NCBI GenBank assembly: GCA_039810885.1
Contig: JBDHXV010000006.1
Span: forward strand, 12,455 to 76,454
Direction: 5' to 3'
Source of the DNA: Chitinophagales bacterium
GTDB lineage: Bacteria > Bacteroidota > Bacteroidia > Chitinophagales > UBA10324
DNA: 64,000 nt
Shown: positions 45,673 to 55,625 of the stretch, in pieces
How positions within the stretch are numbered: the first letter of the stretch is position 1
How the letters are laid out: each line of letters starts with the position of its first letter
Notes under the pieces: generated by a model
What the model was told of the DNA's origin: nothing
The model's input: only the letters and a program-made list of their open reading frames with translations
Database searches by the model: none
Position numbers and translations under genes: made by a program

Positions 45673-48480
45673 ATGAAAAGTTTCTTCTTCTTCTTGCTTC
45701 TTCTCCTGTACAATACAGGGCTTTATGCACAAGTAATTGAAGTATATCCTTCATTCCCTGATGAGAATCAAGGCTGCACCATTTACTTTCACTCAGATAG
45801 GGGGAACCAAGCGCTAATGAATTTTTCAGGAGATCTATTTATACACACCGGAGTGGTTACTTCAACAGCAGCAACGAACACCACATGGCAAAACGTAGTA
45901 ACCACATGGGGCAGCACAGATGCAGCTTTTAAGTTGACCCAAGTATCGGCTAACTTATATAAGTTCAATATTCCAAATATTAGAAACTATTACAACGTTA
46001 CAAATCCGAACATCGAGGTGTTAAGGCTGGCAATGGTTTTTAGAAACGGAAGCGGAAGCATTAAAGGTGCTAATGCCGACGGCTCCGACCTGTTTTATGA
46101 CTTACACAACGGAAACAATCTCACCGCAAAGTTTTTCAGCCCCGATATTAAAGCCGTACTACTGGAATTAAACGACACCTACAACTGTATTTTTAAATCC
46201 TCGCAAACTTCTACAATAACCATTTACGATAACAATGTGCAGGTTAATCAATATGCTAATACAGACTCGATTAGCTATAACTATTCGGCAACAGGATATG
46301 GAAAACACTGGATAAAGGCGATAGCTGACGATGGGAACTCATCTGTTGTTGATTCATTTTATTTCTTAATTCGAGAACCCGTGACTATAGAAGATCTGCC
46401 GGGTAACACTCATATTGGAATTAATTATTTATCGGATACCTCTGTGCGCTTAGTGTTATGTGCACCAAATAAGCAATATGTATTTGTTATAGGAGAGTTT
46501 AATAATTGGCAGGCCGATGCCCCCTATTATATGAAGAAAACCCCGGATAATAATTACTGGTGGATTGATATAAGCGGCCTCACTCCGGGACAAGAATATG
46601 CCTATCAATATTGGGTTGACGGAAGTATCAAAGTCGCAGACCCATACACCGATAAAGTATTAGATCCGTGGAATGACCCCTACATTACCTCTACGATTTA
46701 TCCCAATTTAAAACCTTATCCAGCGGGCGCAAGCGGTATAGTTTCTATTTTTCAAACCGCACAGCAACCCTATAACTGGAACGTTAACAATTTTGTAAAA
46801 CCAAACACGGTTAAACTTAATATCTATGAGCTATTAATGCGAGAGTTCACCGCAAGGCACACCTTCAAGACGATGCTTGATACCATAAGCTATTTGAAAA
46901 AGCTAGGTATAAATGTAATTGAACTTATGCCCGTGAATGAATTTGAAGGCAACAGCAGTTGGGGGTACAATCCTTCTTTCTTTTTCGCACCCGACAAGTA
47001 TTACGGTCCAAAGAACGATTTAAAAGAATTTATCGATCGCTGTCATCAAAATGGTATTGCGGTTGTGTTGGATATTGCATTAAATCATGCTTTTAGCCAA
47101 AATCCGTATGTACAATTATATTGGAATAGTGTAACCTCTAAGCCGGCTGCGGATAGTCCTTGGTTCAATCAAGATCCCATGCATCCTTTTAATGTAGGTT
47201 ACGACTTTAATCACGAAAGCCCATATACAAAAAGATTCTTTACTGATGTAACCCGCTACTGGTTAAGTGAATATAAATTCGATGGCTTTCGGTTTGATTT
47301 ATCAAAAGGATTTACACAACATTTTTCAGGTAATGATGTAGGTGACTGGGGCGCTTATGATCAATCGCGGATTAATATCTGGGCTGGCTATAACGACTCT
47401 ATTCGCTCACAATTTTCTGATGCTTTTTTAATATTAGAACATCTTGGAGACAATGAGGAAGAAAAACAACTTTCTAATCTGGGCTTTTTACTTTGGGGAA
47501 ATCTGAATTACAATTTCGCACAGGCCGCCATGGGATTCATTAATGGTGCAGATGTCTCTTGGCTTTCTTATCAACAGCGTGGCTGGGTTGATCCACATTT
47601 AGTAGGATATATGGAAAGCCATGACGAGGAGCGATTGATGTATAAAGTATTACAATACGGTAAATCAATAGAAAATTATAACACGAAAGTCTTAGATACG
47701 GCATTGCAACGAATTGCAATGTGTGCGAACATCTTTTTCGCTGTGCCCGGGCCCAAAATGATTTGGCAATTTGAAGAGTTGGGTTATGATTACAGTATCA
47801 ATTACGGAGGCTCTAATGTCTCGCCTAAGCCCATTAAATGGGAATATTACAGCGATTGGAGACGCTACAGGTTGTACCGCACGTTTGCCGAGTTGATGAA
47901 ACTGCGAAATCAATACTCCGCATTCTCTGCAGCAAACTACACCATTCAAGTAGGAGGGTTATTAAAGCGGGTTACCTTGTTAGACAATTTTATGAATGTA
48001 GTAGCCTTGTCCTATATGGATGTACTGCCGGGAACCTACCCAGTAATTTTCCCAAATACAGGGATATGGTATGATTACTATACGGGAGAATCTTTTAACA
48101 TAACCAATACTACTACAAACTTTACCTTCAAGCCCGGCCAATATAGATTGCTTACTACAAAGCCATTACCCGTACCCGATTTAGGCACACCACTTTCTGA
48201 CGAGGTTATTTTGTCTCAGGATGCAATCGATATTAAAATTTTCCCCAACCCTGCTCAAGAAGTTGCCACTATAAGTTTTAGTTTAACGAATGCATCAGCG
48301 ATACAAGTTAACTTATATGATATCAATGGACAATGTATTCAAGCCTTGCTTAGTGAAACTATGGCCCAGCCTGGAATATACGTTACGGAGCTTAATCCCC
48401 ACACACTATTACCCGGGGCTTATTTCCTTGAGTTAAAAACAAACCAGAGATCAAAAACGATTAAGTTCATTGTGCCGTGA
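45673..48480 (+). CDS. GH13 alpha-amylase family glycosidase with T9SS C-terminal sorting domain
   Basis: ORF 45634..48480. The preferred ATG at 45673 gives a signal peptide. GH13 regions are I VVLDIALNHA, II GFRFDLSKG, III LILEHLG and IV YMESHDEER. The CTD is IFPNPAQEVATISF...GAYFLELK. Confidence 0.88.
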   Translation: MKSFFFFLLLLLYNTGLYAQVIEVYPSFPDENQGCTIYFHSDRGNQALMNFSGDLFIHTGVVTSTAATNTTWQNVVTTWGSTDAAFKLTQVSANLYKFNIPNIRNYYNVTNPNIEVLRLAMVFRNGSGSIKGANADGSDLFYDLHNGNNLTAKFFSPDIKAVLLELNDTYNCIFKSSQTSTITIYDNNVQVNQYANTDSISYNYSATGYGKHWIKAIADDGNSSVVDSFYFLIREPVTIEDLPGNTHIGINYLSDTSVRLVLCAPNKQYVFVIGEFNNWQADAPYYMKKTPDNNYWWIDISGLTPGQEYAYQYWVDGSIKVADPYTDKVLDPWNDPYITSTIYPNLKPYPAGASGIVSIFQTAQQPYNWNVNNFVKPNTVKLNIYELLMREFTARHTFKTMLDTISYLKKLGINVIELMPVNEFEGNSSWGYNPSFFFAPDKYYGPKNDLKEFIDRCHQNGIAVVLDIALNHAFSQNPYVQLYWNSVTSKPAADSPWFNQDPMHPFNVGYDFNHESPYTKRFFTDVTRYWLSEYKFDGFRFDLSKGFTQHFSGNDVGDWGAYDQSRINIWAGYNDSIRSQFSDAFLILEHLGDNEEEKQLSNLGFLLWGNLNYNFAQAAMGFINGADVSWLSYQQRGWVDPHLVGYMESHDEERLMYKVLQYGKSIENYNTKVLDTALQRIAMCANIFFAVPGPKMIWQFEELGYDYSINYGGSNVSPKPIKWEYYSDWRRYRLYRTFAELMKLRNQYSAFSAANYTIQVGGLLKRVTLLDNFMNVVALSYMDVLPGTYPVIFPNTGIWYDYYTGESFNITNTTTNFTFKPGQYRLLTTKPLPVPDLGTPLSDEVILSQDAIDIKIFPNPAQEVATISFSLTNASAIQVNLYDINGQCIQALLSETMAQPGIYVTELNPHTLLPGAYFLELKTNQRSKTIKFIVP

Positions 48481-48803
48481 GGTACACATTGTTACAAATA
48501 CTCATTTTACTCTGTTGGGGTAACCTGCATGCTCAGGTTCATCCCCGAATTAAAAGCAAACCAATCTACATGCAAGGTTTAACTTTTGAACAGCACGATT
48601 CGCTTATTTATGTTGCTGTCCCTCAGAAGGAACACATACAAGGTTATTCACTGATTAATGTATTTGGGCAAAGGATATATCAGATAAAGGGTAAAGCACA
48701 ATCTGAAGCGCAGTTCAAGTGGCCGAGTGTTCCCAAGGGGCATTATTTGCTTATGATAGAAGGCGAAAAGGCTTATTTCTGTCATCGGGTTTACATTCAT
48801 TAA
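48477..48803 (+). CDS. small secreted protein consisting of a signal peptide plus a T9SS-CTD-like beta-sandwich only
   Basis: The GTG start overlaps the amylase stop (GTGA). The signal peptide is MRYTLLQILILLCWGNLHAQ. The remainder (YSLINVFGQRIYQIKG...PKGHYLLMIEGEKAYFCHRVYI) resembles the last strands of type-A CTDs but lacks the PNP motif. Confidence 0.45.
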   Translation: MRYTLLQILILLCWGNLHAQVHPRIKSKPIYMQGLTFEQHDSLIYVAVPQKEHIQGYSLINVFGQRIYQIKGKAQSEAQFKWPSVPKGHYLLMIEGEKAYFCHRVYIH

Positions 48804-48886
48804 TAATATCCACAACTTCAGGTTGCCTTTGTGTTTGTACCTTATTGTTTAGCTAATTTTAGCCGATTCAAAAAAATAATTTAAGC

Positions 48887-49651
48887 ATGAGAAAGAAAAT
48901 AGTTGCAGGCAACTGGAAAATGCACAAAGAACTAAAAGAAGGCATCGAATTTATTGAAACGGTTCTTGCTCAACTGGATACCCATAACTTCAATAACGCT
49001 GAAGTCATTTTTGCAACACCATTTATTCATTTACGCAAAGGAAGAAAAGCGGTAAAACCTTTAGATCATTGTTTTGTTGCAGCACAAAATTGTCATTGGG
49101 AAGATAGCGGTGCATATACCGGAGAAATATCTGCCCGAATGATTGCATCAACAGGGGCTACGCATTGCATTGTAGGTCACAGTGAACGACGTCAATATTT
49201 TCTCGAAAGCAACGAACAATTGGCAGCAAAGGTGAATCAATGTTTGCAGCATAAGTTAACACCCATATTTTGTGTTGGCGAAACATTGGATATACGTGAG
49301 GCACATCGTCACTATACCCATATTGAATTGCAGATAGTTGAAGGATTGTTTCACCTGAACGAAGATGAAATTCAAAAAATGATCATCGCTTATGAACCGG
49401 TGTGGGCTATTGGCACAGGAGTAAATGCAACACCACAGCAGGCACAGGAAATACATGCATTCATACGCAAGGCACTTGAACAGCAGTATAGTGTTGAAAT
49501 TGCTCACAGTATTCGCATATTGTATGGTGGCAGTGTGAAGCCGGACAATGCAGAACAATTATTCTCTCAACCTGATGTGGACGGTGGCCTGATAGGGGGT
49601 GCTTCTCTAAAGGTCGATGATTTTATAAGTATTATTAGTAAGGCACAATAA
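48887..49651 (+). CDS. tpiA: triose-phosphate isomerase
   Basis: The motifs are AGNWKMH, VGHSERR, AYEPVWAIGTG and GGASL. Confidence 0.95.
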   Translation: MRKKIVAGNWKMHKELKEGIEFIETVLAQLDTHNFNNAEVIFATPFIHLRKGRKAVKPLDHCFVAAQNCHWEDSGAYTGEISARMIASTGATHCIVGHSERRQYFLESNEQLAAKVNQCLQHKLTPIFCVGETLDIREAHRHYTHIELQIVEGLFHLNEDEIQKMIIAYEPVWAIGTGVNATPQQAQEIHAFIRKALEQQYSVEIAHSIRILYGGSVKPDNAEQLFSQPDVDGGLIGGASLKVDDFISIISKAQ

Positions 49652-49680
49652 TCTTTTTATCATCCGTTTTACTTCTTACA

Positions 49681-50532
49681 ATGACCGAGATACAAAACTT
49701 TACTTTATTAAAACTTCATACCCCTAATCCTGAAACACAGGAGATATTAATTGCTTTACTGTCCGATTTTGGATTTGAAGGTTTTTTGCAAGAAGATGAA
49801 TATCTAACAGCATATATTGATGAAGAGACCTTTAAACGGCAGGCATCAACAGAACAATTACAAAAGTTGTTATCTCCTTTTAATGTAAAGTTAAACATAT
49901 CGTCACTCCCCAATAAAAATTGGAATGAAGAGTGGGAAAAATCTTTTCAACCGGTGATGGTTGACCAACAAGTATGTATTCGTGCCGACTTTCATCCCCA
50001 ACCCCAAAATATCGAACACGATATCATCATCAATCCGAAGATGGCTTTTGGAACAGGGCATCACGATACCACCTTTATGATGATAAAATATATGTTAGGC
50101 ATTCATTTTAAAGATGTTGATGTTTTAGATTTTGGTTGCGGCACGGGTATTCTATCTATCCTTGCATCTCGCCTTGGTGCACGAAAAATTGTGGCAATTG
50201 ATAATGATGTCAATGCGTGCTTAAATACTCAGGATAACCTCACGCAAAATTTGATTACCAATTGTGAGGTTTGCCTTTGTGAATTAGACAAATTAGAAAA
50301 ACAGCATTTTCAGGTTATTCTAGCAAACATCAATAGAAATATCATTCTAGAGAATTTAGTAAACTTAGAACGTTTGCTTCTACCAAACGGCAGCTTACTT
50401 ATTAGTGGCATATTAACTTCCGACCGTGACCTTATTATGAAAGCAGCATCAGAAATAGATTTATCATTAACCGGCTCATTAATAACAGAGCAATGGATTG
50501 CTCTATGCTATAAAAAAATTACGATCAAATAA
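49681..50532 (+). CDS. prmA: ribosomal protein L11 methyltransferase
   Basis: The motifs are INPKMAFGTGHHDTT and the SAM motif VLDFGCGTGILSI. The 283-aa length fits. Confidence 0.9.
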   Translation: MTEIQNFTLLKLHTPNPETQEILIALLSDFGFEGFLQEDEYLTAYIDEETFKRQASTEQLQKLLSPFNVKLNISSLPNKNWNEEWEKSFQPVMVDQQVCIRADFHPQPQNIEHDIIINPKMAFGTGHHDTTFMMIKYMLGIHFKDVDVLDFGCGTGILSILASRLGARKIVAIDNDVNACLNTQDNLTQNLITNCEVCLCELDKLEKQHFQVILANINRNIILENLVNLERLLLPNGSLLISGILTSDRDLIMKAASEIDLSLTGSLITEQWIALCYKKITIK

Positions 50533-50536
50533 ATCC

Positions 50537-53500
50537 ATGAGATTTTTTTCCTTACTCCTGCTTATTACCCTTGGATTACCGGCATTTGCACAACAAATGA
50601 CAGCGTTTGAGACTAACCCAGAAAACTATATCAAACAAGTTGGAAAACTCCTGAATGATACCAAGCGAGATGACCTAAAAGAATTGGCAAGCGACTTTGC
50701 CTCGAACTTTGCAAAGTACAACGGAACCTATCAACAACAAATTATCGCCTTATCCAACACCATGCGAGAACGAAAAATGTTACTCGTACCGTATTTCGTA
50801 AAATACTTTCAGGCAGTAAATGATTATCAACTGTCCAAACTCCCACCCGGTATTCTTGAAGATTGGTTAGCTATTGTGCCGCAGATTATTGCAAACCAAA
50901 AGCCGGGTAACCACAAGCAGTTTGAACAATATATGGACTTCAGCAGCAATTTATTCTCACAAAATGCGCTCAACAGTGTTGCATCTAAAACATGGAAATG
51001 CTCTTCGAAAGATTTTGATTTACTATATGAAACTCAAATTCCGTCTGTAAAATTCACAAGCACCGACCTATACGCTTATCTAACAGGAGATACCATTAAG
51101 ATAAAAAATACCGCAGGTATATATTACCCTTTTGAATCTCGATGGGATGGGCAAAATGGAGAGGTAACATTTGAACGAGGTGGACTTGAACCGGACAATG
51201 TATTTGTAACGTTTAAAAAATATCGGATTGATTGCAGCAAGTCAGAATATAGCGTGGATAGCGTTGTGCTCACTTATAATCCCTACATTAAAAATAAGCT
51301 GCTCGGGCGTTTTACCGATAAATTGATAACTAATAATGTCCCTGAAACTTCAACCTATCCACGATTTCAATCTTATGCAAAGATTGTGAATCTTGATAAC
51401 CTTGCGAGCAATGTAAAGTACATAGGGGGATTAAGCCTGGAAGGGGCAAAACTCAATGGCAGTGGAACCCCCGACCAAAGAGCAAAATTTATTATTAGCC
51501 GTTACGATGGGCAGGTCGGATGTGTACTCACTGCACTAAACTTCAGCATTAAGAAGTTTGAAGACATTACCAGCAATCAAGCCGAAGTGAAGATATACAT
51601 AGGCAAAGATTCCATCTATCATCCCGGAGCCATGATAAAATATAAAATGAGCACGAAGCAACTTAGTGTTACACGCGGAGATCAAGGGATCAGCAAATCA
51701 GCATTTATAGACTCTTATCACCAGATTGATGTCTATGCCGAAGGATTGACCTGGGATATGAATGAAAGTTACATGGACTATAAAATGATTGTAGCAAGTG
51801 AGGCGACTCCTGCATTTTTTGAATCGAGTAACTATTTTGATAAGGTGCGCTTATATAAATATCAAAACGTTGCCGACTACAACATTATAAACTTGTTGAA
51901 GAATTACAAAGAAAAAAATGATACTAACCGCATTAGTACAAATGACCTGGCTCGAACAATCAACATCAACTTTACACCCGAAACGATTCGGCGCACATTG
52001 TATAAACTGGTTGAAGATGGTTTTATCTATTACGATGATGTTAACGAAATTGTAACTATACGTCAGAAAGCAATTAAGTATGTCTTAGCCGATCAGAAAA
52101 AGGTGGATTACGATGTTATAAAAATCAGTTCATTAAAACGTGATTTCAATTCACGGGTGGATTTCAAAAGCTTCGGAATGGGAATACGTGGTATTAAAAA
52201 TATCGTCCTCAGTGATTCATCCTTTGTAGTGGTTTTCCCTAAACGCGATAGCGTCAACTTGATGAAAAATAGAGATATGACTTTTGACGGTATGTTCTTT
52301 GCCGGCCGTGCAGATATTTATGGGAAAAACTTTGGATTTAGCTATGATGGCTTTAACATATCCCTTTCTCATGCAGACACCTTATTGTTAAATATACCTA
52401 ACGGCCTTATCGGTAAAGATGGTAAGCCGGTATTGATCCCAATACACAGTTGCATTCAGGATGTAAGCGGTGTCATACAGATTGATGGTAAACTTTCTAA
52501 GTCAGGAGGTAAGAAACACGACTGGACATTCCCATCCATTAAAACTTCTGACAAGTCTTATGTCTATTATGATCAAAAAGGAACATTCAATGGGGTGTAT
52601 GATCGCAAGAAGTTCTTTTATGAACTAAAGCCTTTTCAATTAGACAGCTTGTATTCCTTTCGACCGGCAAAAATTTCATTTGATGGAAAGTTAGTTTCAG
52701 CAGGCATTTTCCCCGATATAGACAATCGCATCGGTATTCAAAAAGATTTATCCTTAGGCTTTATTACAAAGCGCACGGATTTGCCACTATATGGAGGCAA
52801 GGGCAAGTTTACTAACTCCATATCGCTCGACAATCGAGGCTTAAGAGGCAATGGCGATATTACCTTTCTAAGTTCTCTTACAAAATCGGAAGACATTATC
52901 TTCTTTCCCGATTCGTTAGATGCTAACGCAAAATCATTCAACATGCCGAAAGGCCCCTTCGGTGGAGTGCCCTACCCAAAAGTTGTCGGAGAAGAGGTCT
53001 ATATACATTGGAAGCCCTATGCAGACAGCATGGAAATTCACATGAAAGAAACACCGCTTATAGTATTTGAGAATAATACTCGTTTAAAAGGCACATTGGT
53101 CCTTCGCTCTAAAGGGCTACGAGGCAGCGGCTTTCTCGATTGGAGCGATGCTTCTATGAAGTCGGGTGATATAGCCTTTGGAGCAAATTCTATGAGCGCC
53201 GACACAGCAGACTTTAACATTAAGTCTATTGACTCTACCAAATTTGCATTGAAAACAAACAATGTTAATGCGAAAATTGACTTTGATAAACGTGAAGGCG
53301 ATTTCATCTCAAATACAGATGACATCGCAACAGAATTACCGTACAATCAATACCGCACTTCCATTAATAAATTCAAATGGGATATGAATAGGAAACAAGT
53401 CACTTTCTTCGCTCCCGAAGGCACCGAATCAGACTTCACTTCTATACATCCACAACAAGATTCATTAAGCTTTGTGGGCAAGTCGGCTATTTATGATTTA

Positions 53501-54985
53501 ACCAATTTCATCTTACGCGTGAAGCAAGTACCCTATATCTCTGTGGTAGATGCTAAAGTTTATCCGGACAGTAACCAAGTGGTCATTGAGCCTGGCGCAC
53601 TAATGCGCACCTTGAATAAATCCTCTATTATCGCCGATACAGTTAATGAATATCATAAATTCTACAACTGCACAACCGATATTTATGGTAAGCAGAATTA
53701 CAAATCAAAAGGCACCTATGATTTTGTAAGTGCCAACGGGAACAAACAGAAAGTTCCTTTTCAGGAAATAGGCGTATTTAAAGACGATAATAAGAAGTTG
53801 AGAACATACGCAAAAACCGTAATCGACACGGCATTAAAGTTTGCTATCATTCCTAAGATACAATATCAAGGCAAATCAGAAATAAAAGCAAACTATCAAC
53901 CACTAAGTTTTGAGGGCTATGCCAAACTGATGGTACAGAATCCAAACATACGCGTGGATTGGTTTTCAATAAAAAATGAATTTACTCCCGATTCTACTTT
54001 AATTTACTATACCGACCCTGAGAATATGTATAAAAAGCCGGTAACAACAGGTATTGTTTTCTACTCAGACTCGGCCGATTTATACACTTCATTCTTTAAT
54101 GCTAAACGAAGCGTCAAAGACCGTAATATCTTTATTGCAAACGGAATTGTGTATTATGATGAATCTCAAAAAGAATTTATCGCCGGAGATAAAAACAAGA
54201 TATTACAGGGAGATAAACGTGGAAATTTATTTAAGTATAATGATGCTACAGGTAAGGTATATGGCGAAGGTAAAATGGATTTCGGCCTGAACTTCGGGTT
54301 GGTTGGAGTAAAATCTGCAGGAACGATTAATACCGATGTAAAGAAAAACGAATATATTCTGAATTTATTAATGGGTGTTTCGTTCAACATGGATAAAGAT
54401 CTTTTATTAATGCTGGGTAAATCCATTTTGAATAATAACTTCAGCGAAGAAGATGTTGATTATTTCAGCGAGGAGTTTCAACTGAGTATCCCGGAGTTTA
54501 TTAATCCTAAGAATGATAAGTCCTTTATGGCGCAAATGAATAAAGATGGCACATTCAAGCGACCGGAAGATTCTCCTTTTACCATGTTCTTTACCGATCT
54601 AAAGATGGTTTGGGATCAGGAGAGTCGGAGTTTTCGCAGCATTGCTCCTATAGGCATTGCTTATGTTGGCTCCACGGCGGTTAACCGCGTAATTAAAAAA
54701 GCCTACTTAGAATTCGGGTATAAAAAAACCGGAGACTTCTTCAGCTTATACATCCCTGGTGATGATGACAATTGGTACTATTTCTTCTATCAAAATAATA
54801 ACATGCAAATTGCATCGGGGAACAAAGCCTTTATCACAGCACTGGGAGCGATTGATCCGGACAAACGCCGTACGAAATCAGAAGATGGCAAAGTTTATCA
54901 ATATAATATTGGTTCAGAGAATAAGAAAAACAGCTTCGTATCTCGAATGGAGCTATTGATGGAGCCGCCACCCAAAAAGAAATAA
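50537..54985 (+). CDS. very large secreted hypothetical protein (1482 aa)
   Basis: ORF 50498..54985. The preferred ATG at 50537 gives the signal peptide MRFFSLLLLITLGLPAFAQQ. The frame is uninterrupted for 4.4 kb. There is no T9SS CTD, and I recognise no catalytic motif or repeat family. Confidence 0.85.
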   Translation: MRFFSLLLLITLGLPAFAQQMTAFETNPENYIKQVGKLLNDTKRDDLKELASDFASNFAKYNGTYQQQIIALSNTMRERKMLLVPYFVKYFQAVNDYQLSKLPPGILEDWLAIVPQIIANQKPGNHKQFEQYMDFSSNLFSQNALNSVASKTWKCSSKDFDLLYETQIPSVKFTSTDLYAYLTGDTIKIKNTAGIYYPFESRWDGQNGEVTFERGGLEPDNVFVTFKKYRIDCSKSEYSVDSVVLTYNPYIKNKLLGRFTDKLITNNVPETSTYPRFQSYAKIVNLDNLASNVKYIGGLSLEGAKLNGSGTPDQRAKFIISRYDGQVGCVLTALNFSIKKFEDITSNQAEVKIYIGKDSIYHPGAMIKYKMSTKQLSVTRGDQGISKSAFIDSYHQIDVYAEGLTWDMNESYMDYKMIVASEATPAFFESSNYFDKVRLYKYQNVADYNIINLLKNYKEKNDTNRISTNDLARTININFTPETIRRTLYKLVEDGFIYYDDVNEIVTIRQKAIKYVLADQKKVDYDVIKISSLKRDFNSRVDFKSFGMGIRGIKNIVLSDSSFVVVFPKRDSVNLMKNRDMTFDGMFFAGRADIYGKNFGFSYDGFNISLSHADTLLLNIPNGLIGKDGKPVLIPIHSCIQDVSGVIQIDGKLSKSGGKKHDWTFPSIKTSDKSYVYYDQKGTFNGVYDRKKFFYELKPFQLDSLYSFRPAKISFDGKLVSAGIFPDIDNRIGIQKDLSLGFITKRTDLPLYGGKGKFTNSISLDNRGLRGNGDITFLSSLTKSEDIIFFPDSLDANAKSFNMPKGPFGGVPYPKVVGEEVYIHWKPYADSMEIHMKETPLIVFENNTRLKGTLVLRSKGLRGSGFLDWSDASMKSGDIAFGANSMSADTADFNIKSIDSTKFALKTNNVNAKIDFDKREGDFISNTDDIATELPYNQYRTSINKFKWDMNRKQVTFFAPEGTESDFTSIHPQQDSLSFVGKSAIYDLTNFILRVKQVPYISVVDAKVYPDSNQVVIEPGALMRTLNKSSIIADTVNEYHKFYNCTTDIYGKQNYKSKGTYDFVSANGNKQKVPFQEIGVFKDDNKKLRTYAKTVIDTALKFAIIPKIQYQGKSEIKANYQPLSFEGYAKLMVQNPNIRVDWFSIKNEFTPDSTLIYYTDPENMYKKPVTTGIVFYSDSADLYTSFFNAKRSVKDRNIFIANGIVYYDESQKEFIAGDKNKILQGDKRGNLFKYNDATGKVYGEGKMDFGLNFGLVGVKSAGTINTDVKKNEYILNLLMGVSFNMDKDLLLMLGKSILNNNFSEEDVDYFSEEFQLSIPEFINPKNDKSFMAQMNKDGTFKRPEDSPFTMFFTDLKMVWDQESRSFRSIAPIGIAYVGSTAVNRVIKKAYLEFGYKKTGDFFSLYIPGDDDNWYYFFYQNNNMQIASGNKAFITALGAIDPDKRRTKSEDGKVYQYNIGSENKKNSFVSRMELLMEPPPKKK

Positions 54986-55071
54986 TTGCTAAACAGTTTT
55001 TAGTTCGCTGTTGACATCGTGCCTTACGATGCCGTTGCAGACATTCTATTTTTACCGACAAATTAATTCGT

Positions 55072-55620
55072 ATGACCAATATAGATATGCACTTAGGCAT
55101 TGGATCACGTGTGCAACATGCAGGAATGGGACAGGGTGTCGTTATCGCAAACCGATATGACACCTATCTGATTACCTTTATTGACAACGGCACTCACGAA
55201 ATACAAAAAGAAGACCCTATGCTGGAAACACTGCATGCCGAGAATGTAAATCCTGAGATAGAAACTATCTCCGCAGTTGAAAAGTCCCTGTTAGGCATAC
55301 TAAGACAATGGGCAGGCGTGCAAGAGGTAGTTGAACTTGGTGACCGTTGGAAAGGCGGCACATTAGAAATTAAATCAGTTAATGCGACGATTAAATCAAA
55401 GGAAATTCCGATTGAAATTTTCTTTCATAAAATTGTTATGCTACGAGACCGCTTGAGAGTGATGGAGCAACAAATCAATGCACACAAGTTACTGAGTGAT
55501 GAGGATAAGGTTAATCTGCAACAGTACATCACTCGCATCTATGGCACTTTAACCACATTCAACGTGCTGTTTAAAGAAAAAGAAGACCACTTTATAGGTG
55601 AGAAAGGAAAAGACGATTAA
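55072..55620 (+). CDS. hypothetical protein (182 aa)
   Basis: The ORF has a coding-like composition, no signal peptide and a C-terminal helical region (MLRDRLRVMEQQINAHKLLSDEDKVNLQQYI). The family is unknown. Confidence 0.65.
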   Translation: MTNIDMHLGIGSRVQHAGMGQGVVIANRYDTYLITFIDNGTHEIQKEDPMLETLHAENVNPEIETISAVEKSLLGILRQWAGVQEVVELGDRWKGGTLEIKSVNATIKSKEIPIEIFFHKIVMLRDRLRVMEQQINAHKLLSDEDKVNLQQYITRIYGTLTTFNVLFKEKEDHFIGEKGKDD

Positions 55621-55625
55621 TCCAT

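Noticed and set aside
54986-55071. Short hairpin catcgt-gcctt-acgatg after the giant gene as a terminator
   Set aside because: The stem is only 6 bp and has no adjacent T-run. That is too weak to call.
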